DNA of 63,621 nt, filler included, from Hausera hauseri (taxonomy: Eukaryota): assembly GCA_046269625.1 (NCBI GenBank). It is 12 parts of 12 records of this genome, joined end to end, with 100 filler letters (N's around TTAATTAATTAA, not from the genome) between each part and the next. Parts side by side here need not be neighbours in the genome. Positions count along the whole stretch, not along the records: positions 21,727 to 25,733 come from JBJURY010824861.1; positions 25,834 to 29,793 come from JBJURY010857300.1; positions 29,894 to 34,269 come from JBJURY010610332.1; positions 34,370 to 40,374 come from JBJURY010154977.1; 8 more parts are not named here. One strand, written 5' to 3'. Shown here piece by piece: positions 23,902 through 37,300 of this stretch (position 1 is its first letter; each line of letters begins with the position of its first letter). A program made the position numbers and the translations under genes. The notes beneath the pieces were generated by a model that had not been told where the DNA came from, ran no database searches, and saw nothing but the letters and a program-made list of their open reading frames with translations.

Positions 23902-25833
23902 CTAAATACGAAAAAATAAACATCAATATCATCATCAACATGAACTAGAAAAATAATAACCGAAAACAATAGAGAAAAAACAATCCGAGTTGTTGTTTGA
24001 AACGAAGGAAAACAGAGGTAGTTTTGTAGAATAATACAAGTGGATTAATTGAATGATGAAGACAATTATGTGCCTTTACAGATTTATTGTCCATATCGCA
24101 CACTATCGGTATTCTTAATAATCGAATACATACTTACACTGATAATGCTGGGTACAAACTTTATCGAATTGGCACACAGACACTCAAACAATTCAACAAT
24201 ATCTGTATAAACTACCTTAACGTGTCGATTAGGATTTTCGCATTTTGTCCTATTATTCTAATCGCGACTACTTACCAAACCAATCAATAATAATACAAAT
24301 AGTAATCTTACTATTACACAAATTCAACCAAAACGGCTCTCACTTGCAATTTTAGCTTCAATCCTATGACAAATACCTGTGGAGGTCTGGTCAAACCAGT
24401 ATCATTTGGTACGATTGAAACAAACACACAACGTCTCTCTCTCTCAATTATTCGATTTCCATACGACATGCGTACACTTCGCAAACGATTGTGTCGGTGT
24501 GTCTTTGTGTTGATGGTGGCGGTATGTGGAGAAAACATTCTCCAACATTTTACGTATGAGCCATCTTCAAATTAGCACTCATGACCACAAAAAATACATT
24601 TTCTAACTAAAATCTCATAGCTTAACAGAGTCGCCATGTTGAATAGATTAATTTGGCCATACTTACAAAACAGAAACGACGATTAAAAAAACGGAAATCT
24701 AATACTGGTAATTTGAGATTTCAGTATAGTGAATTGACACGATCCTAATTAACATTTTCGCTAGCTCGTTACTTGCAAATTTTGACCCATGTCCTACTAC
24801 AAAATTAGCAAAACGATAATACTAATACATATGTGCCTCATTCGTTTCAATCATTCACTCGCAGTTTTCTCCTTGATGATCAAGGTTCAATCATCCTACT
24901 TAACAATTCGGTACATATTTGTATAACACAAACTCGAGTTACATTATTTTCATTCTTGTCTTGGGATTGTGTCGAATAAATACGATCTTCATTCGGTTAT
25001 CAGTGATTTTTGTAAAAAATATCAAAATATACGATTACTGTAAAAACGTTTCGTCAAATTCTAAATTCCAATAAAACAACAACAACAATCTTAATATAAA
25101 ACATTTCTAATATGTATAAAATAAATTCAAATTGAAATCAGATAAAAATTCGATAACAATAATCTTTACTTACTTTAGAGCATATAAAAATTAAAACTGA
25201 AACAAAATATATCTGCTACGTGCTTCCTCACAAATTGGGTAGCATAGGGGTAATGATGTGTGAGGGCCGGACAGCGTGTTTTCTATTGTTTGATTTTGTC
25301 TGCCAGAGTAGCACACAGCACTGCATCATCTCATCAACAATTCTGTGGCTACATTTAGACTAATAACCTATAGCACAGCCCATCGAGAGGCTGTGACGTG
25401 CATTTGTTACTAAGCCCAAAATCTAGAACAACTACTCTCACATCTCAAACGTGCATTTGTGTGCTTTGTGCCACTTCTCATTGTTAACAATTGCACACCT
25501 GGATGCTTCAGAATTAGTCGTGTGTCAGAGTACGCGTGTATGCAGATGAAGATATTCAATTTTATTACTGTGTCCGATTGTTTGACGTAGTTTTATTACG
25601 ATTTACAGCAGATTTTTTTTCTACAAAAAAACGGTGCTGTTTGTGCTTGTTTTTGGAACTAACCGACTATGTACGATGATGATAATGATGGTGATGGTGA
25701 CGATGAACAAATACAAACACTTACTCATAAAAANNNNNNNNNNNNNNNNNNNNNNNNNNNNNNNNNNNNNNNNNNNNTTAATTAATTAANNNNNNNNNNN
25801 NNNNNNNNNNNNNNNNNNNNNNNNNNNNNNNNN

Positions 25834-26290
25834 ACATCAGTGGGGCTAAATACTTGGGCATTATTATCCGTTATTTTAGTCAAAATCAAGGACAAGTTAT
25901 TTCGACATTTCTTGGACTTGTTGCTTTAGAGAAAGGAGATTCGAGATCAATAGCCGGGGCTTTAATCGAGATATTAAAGCAATGTGGAATAAAAATACGT
26001 AACTTAATTGGTCTAGGTACCGATAATGCTTCAGTCATGACTGGTGTGAATAACGGCGTACATAAGATTTTGCAAGAAGAATACGGTCTACCTCATCTTG
26101 TCTTAGTGCGCTGCGTCTGTCCTTCATTACAGTTCGCGGTTTTAAACGCATCAAATGCCAAGAAATATTGAATTTTTGATCAAGGAAACATATAACTGGT
26201 TTTCTATATCACCTAACAGAAGAGAAGCTTACAGACAAATTTACGAAACCATTAACTGTGGTGAAGAGCCATTAAAAATAACTAAAATGT
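25834..26290 (+). mobile_element. hAT-superfamily transposase fragment
   Basis: KYLGIIIRYFS...STFLGLV...LIGLGTDNASVMTG...RCVCPSLQFAV...ETYNWFSISPNRR; frameshifted and truncated. Confidence 0.85.
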
Positions 26291-26574
26291 GTTTAGCAAA
26301 ACAAACAGGTGCATTTATTTTAAACACGTTTCTAAGATAATGCCTAGCTTTTCTCTTAAGCAGTTATTTTTCGTGATTATTCTGTGTTAATTATCCGTAG
26401 TTGGCACCATCATGCTAAAATTAAACTTGTTAACAATTTGTTATTTGACTGTAATAGAAATGTAACGTGTCTGAAGTGTAATAGTGGCTTATATATGAAA
26501 ACATTTGCATTTACAAATCCAGTTTCCTACTCCTGGATTCAACACTGGAAATGTCGTCACTACATCTACCAAAG

Positions 26575-27889
26575 TGATTTGTAGTGAAAGTGCATCTGTG
26601 ACTGCTTCAATGGTCAGTGATTGGCGTGAAAATATTCTCTCATCCATAATGCGAAAATATTCCTCAAGCGACATTTTCTGTTGCGACGAAGCTGCACTAC
26701 TATGGACGTTGGTCCCACACAAGTGCTTAACATTCAAGCATGATCCATGTCATGGTGGAAAGCATTCAAAAGAGAGTATATCGATGCTTGTTGGGGTACG
26801 CATGGTGGGAGAAAAGCTTCCTATTTTGGTTATTGGTAAATCAACTCATTCAAGAGCATTCTAAAATCAGATCGTTTCTTTGGAATACATCAGCAATCGA
26901 AAAGCTTGGATGACTCGAGCAATCTTTAAGGAATACATACGAAAACTTGATCGTCAATTTGCAAACCAAAAGCGAAAGATTGCTATGGTGGTGGACAATT
27001 GCTCTTCTCACCCAAAAATTTCGGGATTACTGGTGGTAAACTTAATCTTCCTATTTCCTAACACAACAACATAAACGTAGCCAATGGACTGTGGAATCGT
27101 TAACAGCTTGAAGTGTGCTTACTGCAAAGATCCAATGAAAAAGATAATTATTTCGCATGATTTCAAAATCAATTTCAACCCTACACTTTTGGAATGCTTA
27201 CACTAGCTTCATAAAAGTTGGCAGTCTGCTGTTTCAGTTACCACAATTGCTAGCACTTTCAGAAGTGTATTGTCTGTTGATGAAGACGTTGTCACCATTG
27301 TGAGGAAGTGGAGGTTATTCGGCTCAAGCAGATGGTGAAATGGATAATATTTTGACCGCTTACGCCGTGCCTTTGAAATACCCTAAGGATTTAACTGTAA
27401 CCGACTACATCAACGTTGACAAAACGGTGGAGACAACTGATTGTCCTTCAAATGATGAAATTATACAATCTATTCAAGCCACAAATTCAGGTAACAGTGA
27501 TGATGACGATGAATTGGCTAAGATTGAAGAACTTGCGCCATCTCCAGCTGAGTCACTTGGTATGCTACAGAAAATTCGGCTGACTCTAATGAAGTACTCG
27601 CATCTGATTTTCAGCATGTGGATGCCATTAACCTATGCTTATTTATCATTGCCTTACAATCCAAAAAACAGGTAACAATTGATAAGTTTTTTAAACGTTA
27701 AGATGAAAATATTAAATGACTATAAATGACATTATTAAAAGGATTTGTTACACTTTTAATATGCTTAGTGTTTTTGTGTTTTGCTTTGAACGTTGCATGG
27801 TTTTCTTTATTTTCCGGATATTATGGAAAACCTGTTAATATGAATTTTTCAACTGGCAAGAGGCACTTCATAATAACCGGCCTAGACTA
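26575..27889 (+). mobile_element. Tigger/pogo (DDE_1) DNA transposon remnant with a probable right TIR
   Basis: DIFCCDEAALLW, HGGKHSKES, KLPILVIGKS, NRKAWMT..IF, VDNCSSHP, FPNTT..PMDCGIV and C-terminal QVTIDKFF. A TIR-like ttcataataaccggcctagacta ends at ~27889. Confidence 0.88.
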
Positions 27890-29893
27890 TCTCAAATATA
27901 CCCCATTTGTTTACTACAATATTTATTCAAGGTACTTAATATAGAAAAAATTGTCCACATCAATGCTGCCGATGTGGACTACCGTTGACTACTATAAACG
28001 AACCTTAGAAACCGACCGATTAGCAAATATCGATAAAAATAAGGTTGAATCAATTGAATTGTAATTCATAATGGTTAGTAAACTTCATGCTTGAATAAGA
28101 ATTATAAATAAACTCGCTAAATCATTTAGATAATCCAGACGAAAAGGAAGTTTCACATTTGATTCACGCGGTTCTTTGGAGAATCGTACGATTGATTGAC
28201 TTCTTGTGTATTTATAAACTTTGTTCAGGACGTACCCAATTTGTATCAAGCATAATGATTTAACTTTTATAGCTTTGTTTAAAAAATTTTGTAGCTGATG
28301 TTTATTCGACATAATTCGAAAATCACCAAATTTAGAATTAGAATTTGTATCTGTTGTGACCGCGCGCGGTTTCCGATTTTTTCACAGAGCATTTAAATTG
28401 TTAGATCGAACATTTGAGTTAAATTAAGAGAGTTCGTGAAGACAAAAAGATAAAATTATGCGAATCGACCGGACTCATCCGACAATTTAAAAATATTTAA
28501 TTTAACGTTTGTTGGCGTTTAAAAACGTTAAAAGTGCCATTTTTGTTTTAAAAACGCTTTTAGCAGTAATTTAAAATGTCGAATGCCTTTTCCAAACAGA
28601 TCAATGTTAAATGTACGATTCTCGGGACATCGCTTGTCTTCGTTATTTTATATCCATGCTGATATCATTTGCTATTTCTATAACTTCTTTTCTCGTTGCC
28701 CATTCTGTCTTTAAAAGTAATTCTCAGAATCCCGCGAAGACATCGGTTCTCGAAGCCTCCAACAATGCTTTCAATTTTTGCGTCCGTCTTCAAGTCTCGT
28801 TTCGTAAAGCAGGCCAGACATAACCCAGGTTTTACAGGGACTTTGGCATTTATGTTGTTTATCCTGGATTCCAGACGTTTTGGCGTTCATGGAAGGTTGG
28901 TGTCGCCTTTGCGACTCTGTTCGTTATTTCTACAATAGATGTCCGGTTATCCGAACTATACAAAACTTTAGAGAGCTGTGTATGGCCAGCACGAAAGAAT
29001 ACGGAACTAGGAACAAAGAATGTCCAGCACCAGCCACTCATAGCCCCCAAAGACATTCTGTTATCATCAATTCATATAAAGTTTAGGGTGCCATATGTCG
29101 CTGAAATTGCATTTCCTACTCATATGTGGACTAATTCCCTGACACTCTTGGTGTTGTGAGCGATAAACAGAGAGAAAGCGTTTCCATCAGTATATATCAA
29201 TAAAGGAGAAACTCTACCAAATCAAACGGGATCCATCCATGTTGACTGATATTGCTGGTCAATTAAAATATCTCAGAAAAATACAATAAACGCAGACCGT
29301 GTAAAAGCAGGTTATGACAATGTGTAAATAAGAACATGTCTTGGTGCTTAGCGATACTAACAGCCGGATCTTCCTGAAATGTAATACTGGGATTATCATA
29401 AAAACAAGACTCGCCCAACAATTTGTATGGTTATATTTGTTTTCAGCACACCAACATTTATTAGAAACGAACCTTTTCATTCGAAAAGCAAAAATAAAGT
29501 TAAAATGTGTTGTCCCGTGTAATCGAATAGATACAGGAGGCCACAGCAGTTGCAATAAAATTTTAAAGAAAGACAAAGGAAACAGGAGAGACTACCGAGT
29601 CTTCAGGCATGGGTATCTACTCCGTACAAAATGTTGTTTCCTTTGGACATTAGAGACGATGCTGACATTGTTTTACTGTTTGGCCTTTAGCTTTCGAGGC
29701 AAGAAAAGGTCACTGATTCTAGGTGCACCCATGTATAACACTAATCATACACCCAACTGTGTACGTCAGAACTTTGTATAAGACTATGCTGCTNNNNNNN
29801 NNNNNNNNNNNNNNNNNNNNNNNNNNNNNNNNNNNNNTTAATTAATTAANNNNNNNNNNNNNNNNNNNNNNNNNNNNNNNNNNNNNNNNNNNN

Positions 29894-30441
29894 GCTAAGC
29901 CAGGTTTTGCTAGAATTTTCGCGATCGATAAAATATTTGGTGCACTGAGAAGAAGTGTGTTTGGCTGGCGGGATGGAAGATGTATAACTGGTGAAAGTAG
30001 ATGGCGTGGTTACGGTCGTTGATTTTTTGTGAAAAGTAAAAGATGATGGTTTAGAGGTAGTCTTGTAAGTAGTGTCAATGGTGGGCAAAGAATCCATGCC
30101 ACCACGAATGCGAATGTGTACATGAGTAATGACATAACGGGATGAAGGAACAAAAAGGTGACGAAAATCGACGTTAATTACAGGTAGGTGAAAATCGGAA
30201 ATATTACAGAAACGTAGTACATAATGGTGTAAGAAATGTGCGTCAATAGAATACGTTGTATTGAGTGTGAGTAATTGACGATTATTGACGAGGAATAAAA
30301 TGGAAGGCGTCGGTGTAGATCCTAATGGCTGACGTGGTGATGGAACGGACCATGGCGTGGGACCTACTGACATAGGACAGACGGTCGGATAGTGTTCACA
30401 CTGTGACGTACCTGAAAATCCGGGATAACCAAATCCCCTCC
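29894..30441 (-). mobile_element. 5' part of the same Gypsy family, copy 2: PBS-like site, UBL domain (30098-30304), S/T-rich linker and Gag start
   Basis: SILFLVNNRQLLTLN...ISDFHL...YVITHVHIRIRGG|MDSLPT..., then IDRENSSKTWL, homologous to copy-1 Gag LDSQNSTQTWL. TGGTTATCCCGGA at 30419-30431 resembles the tRNA-Trp PBS TGGTGACCCCGA. Confidence 0.8.
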
Positions 30442-32479
30442 AAAAACTCTCGGTTGAAGAAATAACTTTAGGGGTGATGAAAGTATTATGGAATTATGTG
30501 GACAAATATGTGAATTTTCAAAGTATAGGGACTTTATGCGACAACCACTTCTGGGAGCTCTGTTAAGAAGGGGCGGTGTTGTGTCAACGGTGGTAATATA
30601 ATGAACGAAAACATGTGATAAACAAGACATAGGAATCGTTAAAAAAAGCAAAATAAAAAAATTGTTGCCAGACGAATAGTATACTATGACAAATCTCACC
30701 CCATCGTGCACTGGTTTCTCCACGGTTGGCAGTATCGTTTTGCATTGTGTGCACAGCAAATCGACTTTCTCACGTCGTGTCGTCCTACGAGCGACCTGCG
30801 TACTCAACGGCTCTTTAAACAAACCCACCAGTTTGTTATATGTTGTCTGGTTTTCATCGAATCTTGTCTGCTTGGCACCTTTGACAGACGTCTGTAATCG
30901 ATCTTTTTACTTACTCCACTCTGCAGTCTAAAACGGATAACCTCACTGGTCAACGGCAGTTTTTGTTGTTGTTGCAGCTGCTGTTTCATCTGCGATGGTC
31001 TCAGAGGCCCTTTATTACAGACTTTGATGTCGATTAAACGATTGGATGATTCCGCATGGTGACTTAGTCGATTCTTAAACAATGGGCACCTATAAGATGG
31101 ATCGGACTCCATATAGCCCATCGAAACCTTAAGATTTTCAGTAGAAAAGCTGGACAATATAAGCAGTACTGTGGAATAGTTCATTGAACAGCCGAATGAA
31201 ACATCGGACATTATTTTACACTTTTTACCATTTATTTTATGCTGTTTTCAAAATTTTGCAATACTATCACATGTTTCCTTTTATCTATAGGTATTGATCT
31301 GTAGTAGTAACCGAGAATGTCTCGGAAAAATCTGTTGGAGTTTATCAGTAATCGCTTCTCGCCAATTCGAGTTAGAGCATTTTGTACTTTATTATATAGT
31401 ATAAATGTTGCCGATTTAACAGGGCCCACATGTAAATGATCGAGGAACTGAACTACATGAATGCGGTATGTTGACGCCGGATTTTCATTAGGAAATGTTT
31501 TAGTGTTGAACAATATGTAAATTTCTGACGTTTTTGACAACCTGAGAAAATGTTTTGATAGAACAAGATAAAGTACTTGGGCATGTCGAACACCGTCTCA
31601 CTCGACCTTCAACGCATGTTCCATTGGCAAACAGTAAAATGACGTATCCATCAAAATTAAATTGTTTGTCTGGATGATTCCACAACATTCGTATCGAATG
31701 ATGATTGGTAATAACATTGATATTGGTAACACATCGACTAACTGTCTTTAATGAAGAACAGTGAGGAACGATACAAAAATCTCATAGATGTTTTCTGTAA
31801 CACCACGGATAATTAAAGCGTTCGTAAAGCATACATTTTCCGATGGGGTGTTTAACCTTGAGTTCTGATCCAGATTACTATTAAGGGATATATATCTTTT
31901 GATAGTTGTTCAGCGTATACCGATGTCATTTGAATAGAAACAATCATATGGCAATGGTAATCTGAAAATAGAATGTTGTACGAATTGACGAAATATGTGT
32001 AACCATCAACAGTCCAGACCTCCGCAGAAGGAGCGTACCATGTAATATCCGACCCGCCCAACATGATACGATATTGCTCGTCATTACTATTAAGTTCGTA
32101 CTCATTTAAATTGGCACGATGCAATGTCTGACAGATTTTCTGACGTAACGTGTGACATCTTATTGATTTTGGGAGAAAAATAACTTTATTTTCAGGACGT
32201 TTTGAGTTGTGTTTAAAAACAAAATCGGGTCTTTCGCGATATTTGGCGACTTTTTTGTGTCAAGTTATTTCCAATACATTTGTATCGACAGCTTTCACCA
32301 AGAACTCGAATGATTTATATTTTCTTGTATGTGAAATAACGGCGCGATCCAGTTTCAATGCCAAGAATATTCGACCAATTATTTAACGGATATATATCAA
32401 CCATATATATTGAATAGGCTTTGAAAGTGATGATCGGAAATACAAAGACATATTATTCGTAGTTAGAATACTGGCAATT

Positions 32480-34260
32480 TTATTTCCAGACTCATTATTG
32501 GTTGAACTTATCGACTCATTATTCAACTCTTTCATTTCTTCAAACTTCTTATCGAATTTTTCTTGACAGTTACAAATAGGCATAGTTGTTGCAACACAGT
32601 AGTGAACCATTCGTTTCGACTGATTAACAAATATAGGATTGTATCCTGAACTGATCCTCTGTCTATTACTAAAGGGAGGATCAGTTCCAAGTATAGGTTG
32701 TATTAAAGTAGATTCAATATTATTACTCGTACTATCCACGGAGGATATTCCACGCTTTGATGCGGAAATTAGAAGTTTTCCTATCATCTGGTTTGGTCTA
32801 GAACCAAACAAAGGAGACGTCTAAATATGATCCGGGCTACAACAACGATCAGTAACTTCGTTACTACTACTACTTGCTGTTTGTTTCACCGAATATTGTG
32901 GGGATATGAGCTTTTCGTGTTTCGAACTTATGATATCAACATTTTGATAAGGAGATCGTTTGAATTTATTTGCATTACATGTTTTATTATGAGAAACATT
33001 CACTTTATATTTTCTTTTTCTAGCTCTCTTACGTGAAGAAAGCCGTTCTTCTTTAGGGTCAAATTTGCTGGACTCTGTTGATGAAAGATCCATTTTTATT
33101 CTTTCACTATGTGAAGTATATCCAGCAGATGAAAGTTTAGAGAGTTTCACAGAAGGCTTTCAATTTCTAATCAAGGATTTTGTTGAAACTCAGGGAGATC
33201 TTAAAACTGATGATTTTGCAGAAAAATTATAACAGAGAGATTTCATATTTACAGAAGATGAGGAATTATCTGAATCATCATCACTTTCTTCCGATGAATC
33301 TGATTCTGATTCTGAGCGCATATTAATTTTTTACTTGATCTCCCTGATGTGCTCTTGTAACTTGAGACTGATTTATCTGCGCTGATGTTATTTATGCGTC
33401 GTTTCGGTAATGGTCCACCGTTCCTTGACGATGTCCGCTTTTTACCTTTGGAAATTATAATTGATTTTGTGAATTTTCTTGATGGTATTTTAACATTGAT
33501 TATTTCTGGTGGAAGAATTGGTTTCCGGCTTCTTTCTGAAGTTGATGACCTCCTGCTTGAAAGACTATTCAATAAAGAATAATTACTTCCATTGGCTAAG
33601 TTGTGATCAGTTATTGAAATACCACTAGCACAACGTTCAGCGAGATAAATCTCATCCGTATATTCTTCTTCAGTTGGTGGTAAATCACTTTCCCCTGAGG
33701 AATGAGTACAACAGCCTTGTTCAAGTTTTTCTTTCAACTTTTTGACTTCATTCCATGATCGATCGAGTCCAATTCCAGGTTTTATATCAATTTCTTCCGG
33801 CCTCAGATGAAAGGATTTAATGTCATGCTTTTTATAAACGATCTATTGTGATTCCATCCGAAAAATCTAACCTCATATCCGTCATTTCTATCCAATAGTA
33901 ATTTCGCGGGCCAAAAATATAAACTTCCAACTTGTCGAGCCCATGTCAATTTGTGAGATGGTTGACATGGTTTGGTAACCCATTCCGCCATTTTCGCTTT
34001 TGTATTTATGTAACAATCAGCACACAATTCAACTTCGCAAATTTCATCTTTAACTTCTCGGAGCAAAACACGAGCTGGGTCAGCTTTATCACTATAAATT
34101 CCATGTAAAATATATACGTCATGAACAATAATGTCTGCATCTTCAACAAAATCATTTAGATAAACATATCGACCATCCTTTATTTTACGTTGAATTAATT
34201 CCAAATCACAATATCTATACACGAGATATTCGTTTTTAACGATTTCTCCTCGAAATACAA
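32480..34260 (-). pseudogene. ZMYND11: ZMYND11/BS69-like chromatin reader (bromo-zinc-PWWP) fragment, frameshifted, no MYND finger seen
   Basis: DLELIQRKIKDGRY..F..D...IVH, ELCADCY, WVTKPCQPSHKLTWAR, YFWPAKLL, YEVRFFG..HNRS, then a low-complexity S/K-rich region and CNCQEKF across several frames. Confidence 0.8.
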
Positions 34261-34369
34261 TGGTTAACANNNNNNNNNNNNNNNNNNNNNNNNNNNNNNN
34301 NNNNNNNNNNNNNTTAATTAATTAANNNNNNNNNNNNNNNNNNNNNNNNNNNNNNNNNNNNNNNNNNNN

Positions 34370-37300
34370 TTGCCATTTTCACACACGATTTGGATAATCC
34401 GCCTACAAATGTTATCTTGGTTGCCAATTCGACAAGCCATCCGCAAATATAAAAATGCAAGACACTTGCATTTATCACATTAATTTCGGTCCAGAGGCAA
34501 AAATCTGTCAACCCGGCTGCAAATTTTACAAGCCATCAAAAAACTAAATGGTCCCAGACGACCAACGGCATGTCGACTGGAAACCCAATAACCACAACTG
34601 CTGTATACAAATAGCGAACGCATTGTCAGTGTAATTTTCACTCTCGAGGCGGAGCCACTACACTCTGACATCTCGATTTTCTAATCGACATTGGTGCAGC
34701 TTTATCGCTGACACCTAGTGCATACGCTAGACCTACGATGGTCTCGAATGCATCGCTCAAAGCTGCCAATGGCACGCGAATAANNNNNNNNNNAGGTACA
34801 CTGTACCTACAATTTCATCTACAAGGCCGACCATACGCCTGGTCATTCATATTGGCCGACGTCATGCAACCAATCCTTGGTTCTGACTTCCTAGATCACT
34901 ACGATGTCACAGTTGATTGCCGAAATCAACAACTCACCAGCGGGAGCAATCCACTACCTCCACCCGCATTCACACTAACCATAAACGCGGTCACGGGCAT
35001 AACAATGACAAATCCCATTGATATCGCACCATTGCTCCAAGCGCAATACCCTAACTTTTTGAAACGCTCAACAGAACCAACACAGAAAGAGGTGAAAACT
35101 TCACACTTTGTAATCACATCATGTAATAGACCGATTTGGCAACCCCGGATGGAGCTTGACTCTGTCAACAGAGCAGCTGCGAAAGCCGAATTCCGACACC
35201 TCGAAGTAGCAGGCATCACACGCCGCTCTAAATCGCTATGGGCATCACCATTGCATATGGTTCTCAAAAAGGACTGTTCATACCGGCCTTGTGGTGACTA
35301 TAAAATGTTAAATAACGTCACCATCCACGATTCATACCCAACGCCGTTGATAACCTACATATTGTATCGCCCACATGGTGCCGCAATATTCAGCACAATC
35401 GATCTAGGAAGGGCATACCAATATATCCCAGTTGTTACCAAAGACATTCAAAAAACGGCCGTAATAACTCCTATTGGTTTGTTCGAGTATCTACGCATGC
35501 TATTCCACTTACGGAATGCAAGTCAAACATTCCAACGCCACATAGACCAAGTCCTCATCGACATGTCTTATAGGTGACATATTGATTGCATCACCTGATA
35601 AAGCGACTCACAAAACACACCTCGAACATGTGTTTCATAGGTTGAATGATAACAACTTACAGTTGTGCTGGGACCCGATCGTTAGTTGGGGAATCTGGCA
35701 AAAGTCCGATCCGAAATCAAATTAGTGTAAATAAGAGGGTGTGTGCATGTGCACGTACATAGAATGTATGTATGTATGTATATGTATGTGTGTAAAATTA
35801 ATTGGGTTATGGAGGGCAGAGTTTGTTTAAGGGAGGCATAGGTGTCTGAATATAAAGTTATGTATGGGAAATAGTCCACATCCCGGAAACTGAGAATTAA
35901 TTCAGATGATTAATAATTAATTCACGTGCTATAAGCCCATATATCGATTCATGTATCTACCATCTCTCTGAGTTTCTCACCCAGGGCTGGAGACCTGGCG
36001 ACGGCCCATTAATGGTAAATCCAAGTAGAAATGAATAAAAAAATCAAAATAACAAAAATCAATTAATTCAAATATTTAAAATTTAAAAATTCTAAGTTAA
36101 AAGCGACAATGAAAATAGAAATTGAGAGATCCGTGTTGGATAAAAGAATCAAAGTAAACTCGAGGGAATCGTGCCATATATTTTGTAAATCACAGTGGAA
36201 TTCAATTTATGTGATACTGAATGCTATAAAACAAAGAATCAAGGAACAAGTATTAAAAAAATGTGAAAGAAAAGCAAAATTGACGAGATTAAGTATAAAA
36301 TATTGGAGTTATATTATCATATGTCAAACTTACAACGTCAAACCGACATTTACAGATTGTCCTTTTATCACCAGAGAAACCTTTCACGAATTATTCCATC
36401 AAAAGATTCAAATACCACTAAATTTACGATTGATGACAAGTCTGACATATATATTACAAAGTCACTAGAATTCTATTGATTGTTTCTATTTCATACCGAG
36501 CGAAAGTTCATTGGAATTTTCTCACATTGCGTTACGATTTGCAAAAAGATGTCAGTGATATGGGAAATATAGCAAAGTTCACCACCGTCATAAAAGTCTA
36601 GTTGGAAGGTCAAGCTTGACTTATCAATCGTTCAAATTCCACTCAGGTCTTACGAAATTTATTATTGTGGACATCAGTGATCGTTACGAAATTCTTTGGG
36701 GGATCAACAATGCTCTCCTCTATGTCTGGGAGTAACGAGAATTCGGGTTGAAAAATCGTATTCGAGACGTCATGGTAGCCGATGCCGTCTTTGTGGGGAT
36801 CTGGTTATCGATGGTGGGATAGAAATTAGAACGATTATTTTGGTAAGAATTAGTTTAAATAATATCATTAGTTACTGTTATTTTGGTTTTACGGGTATCG
36901 GCTTGGAATATAAATAGGGGAAACCGTTGGTATGTCTGAAAGGGTAGGGGCTGGTAGACCGGAATATGAAAAAGTGGTGAGTATGCCTGGTGGAGTCATA
37001 ATGGTCGGGTCGGAGAATAAGATCGAGGGTAGACCTTCCCTTCAGGTGATTGAATGTATCCGACGAAAGAAATTGGTACCGAAAATTAAAGGTTCAAAGG
37101 AAAGAAGAGGGTAATGAGAGGTGAGATAATTTGTAGAATAGATTCTGAGATAAATGGGCCCAGTAAGAAACTTAGATAGATACTCGCGTCGTGCGGTGAA
37201 TATCGTTCTAGTCCATGAAATATTTAAAAAAAAACGGTGTGTGGTTAGAGTTGAATTGTTACATATCTTTTATGTAGAGTCTCCAAGGTGAACATAAACA

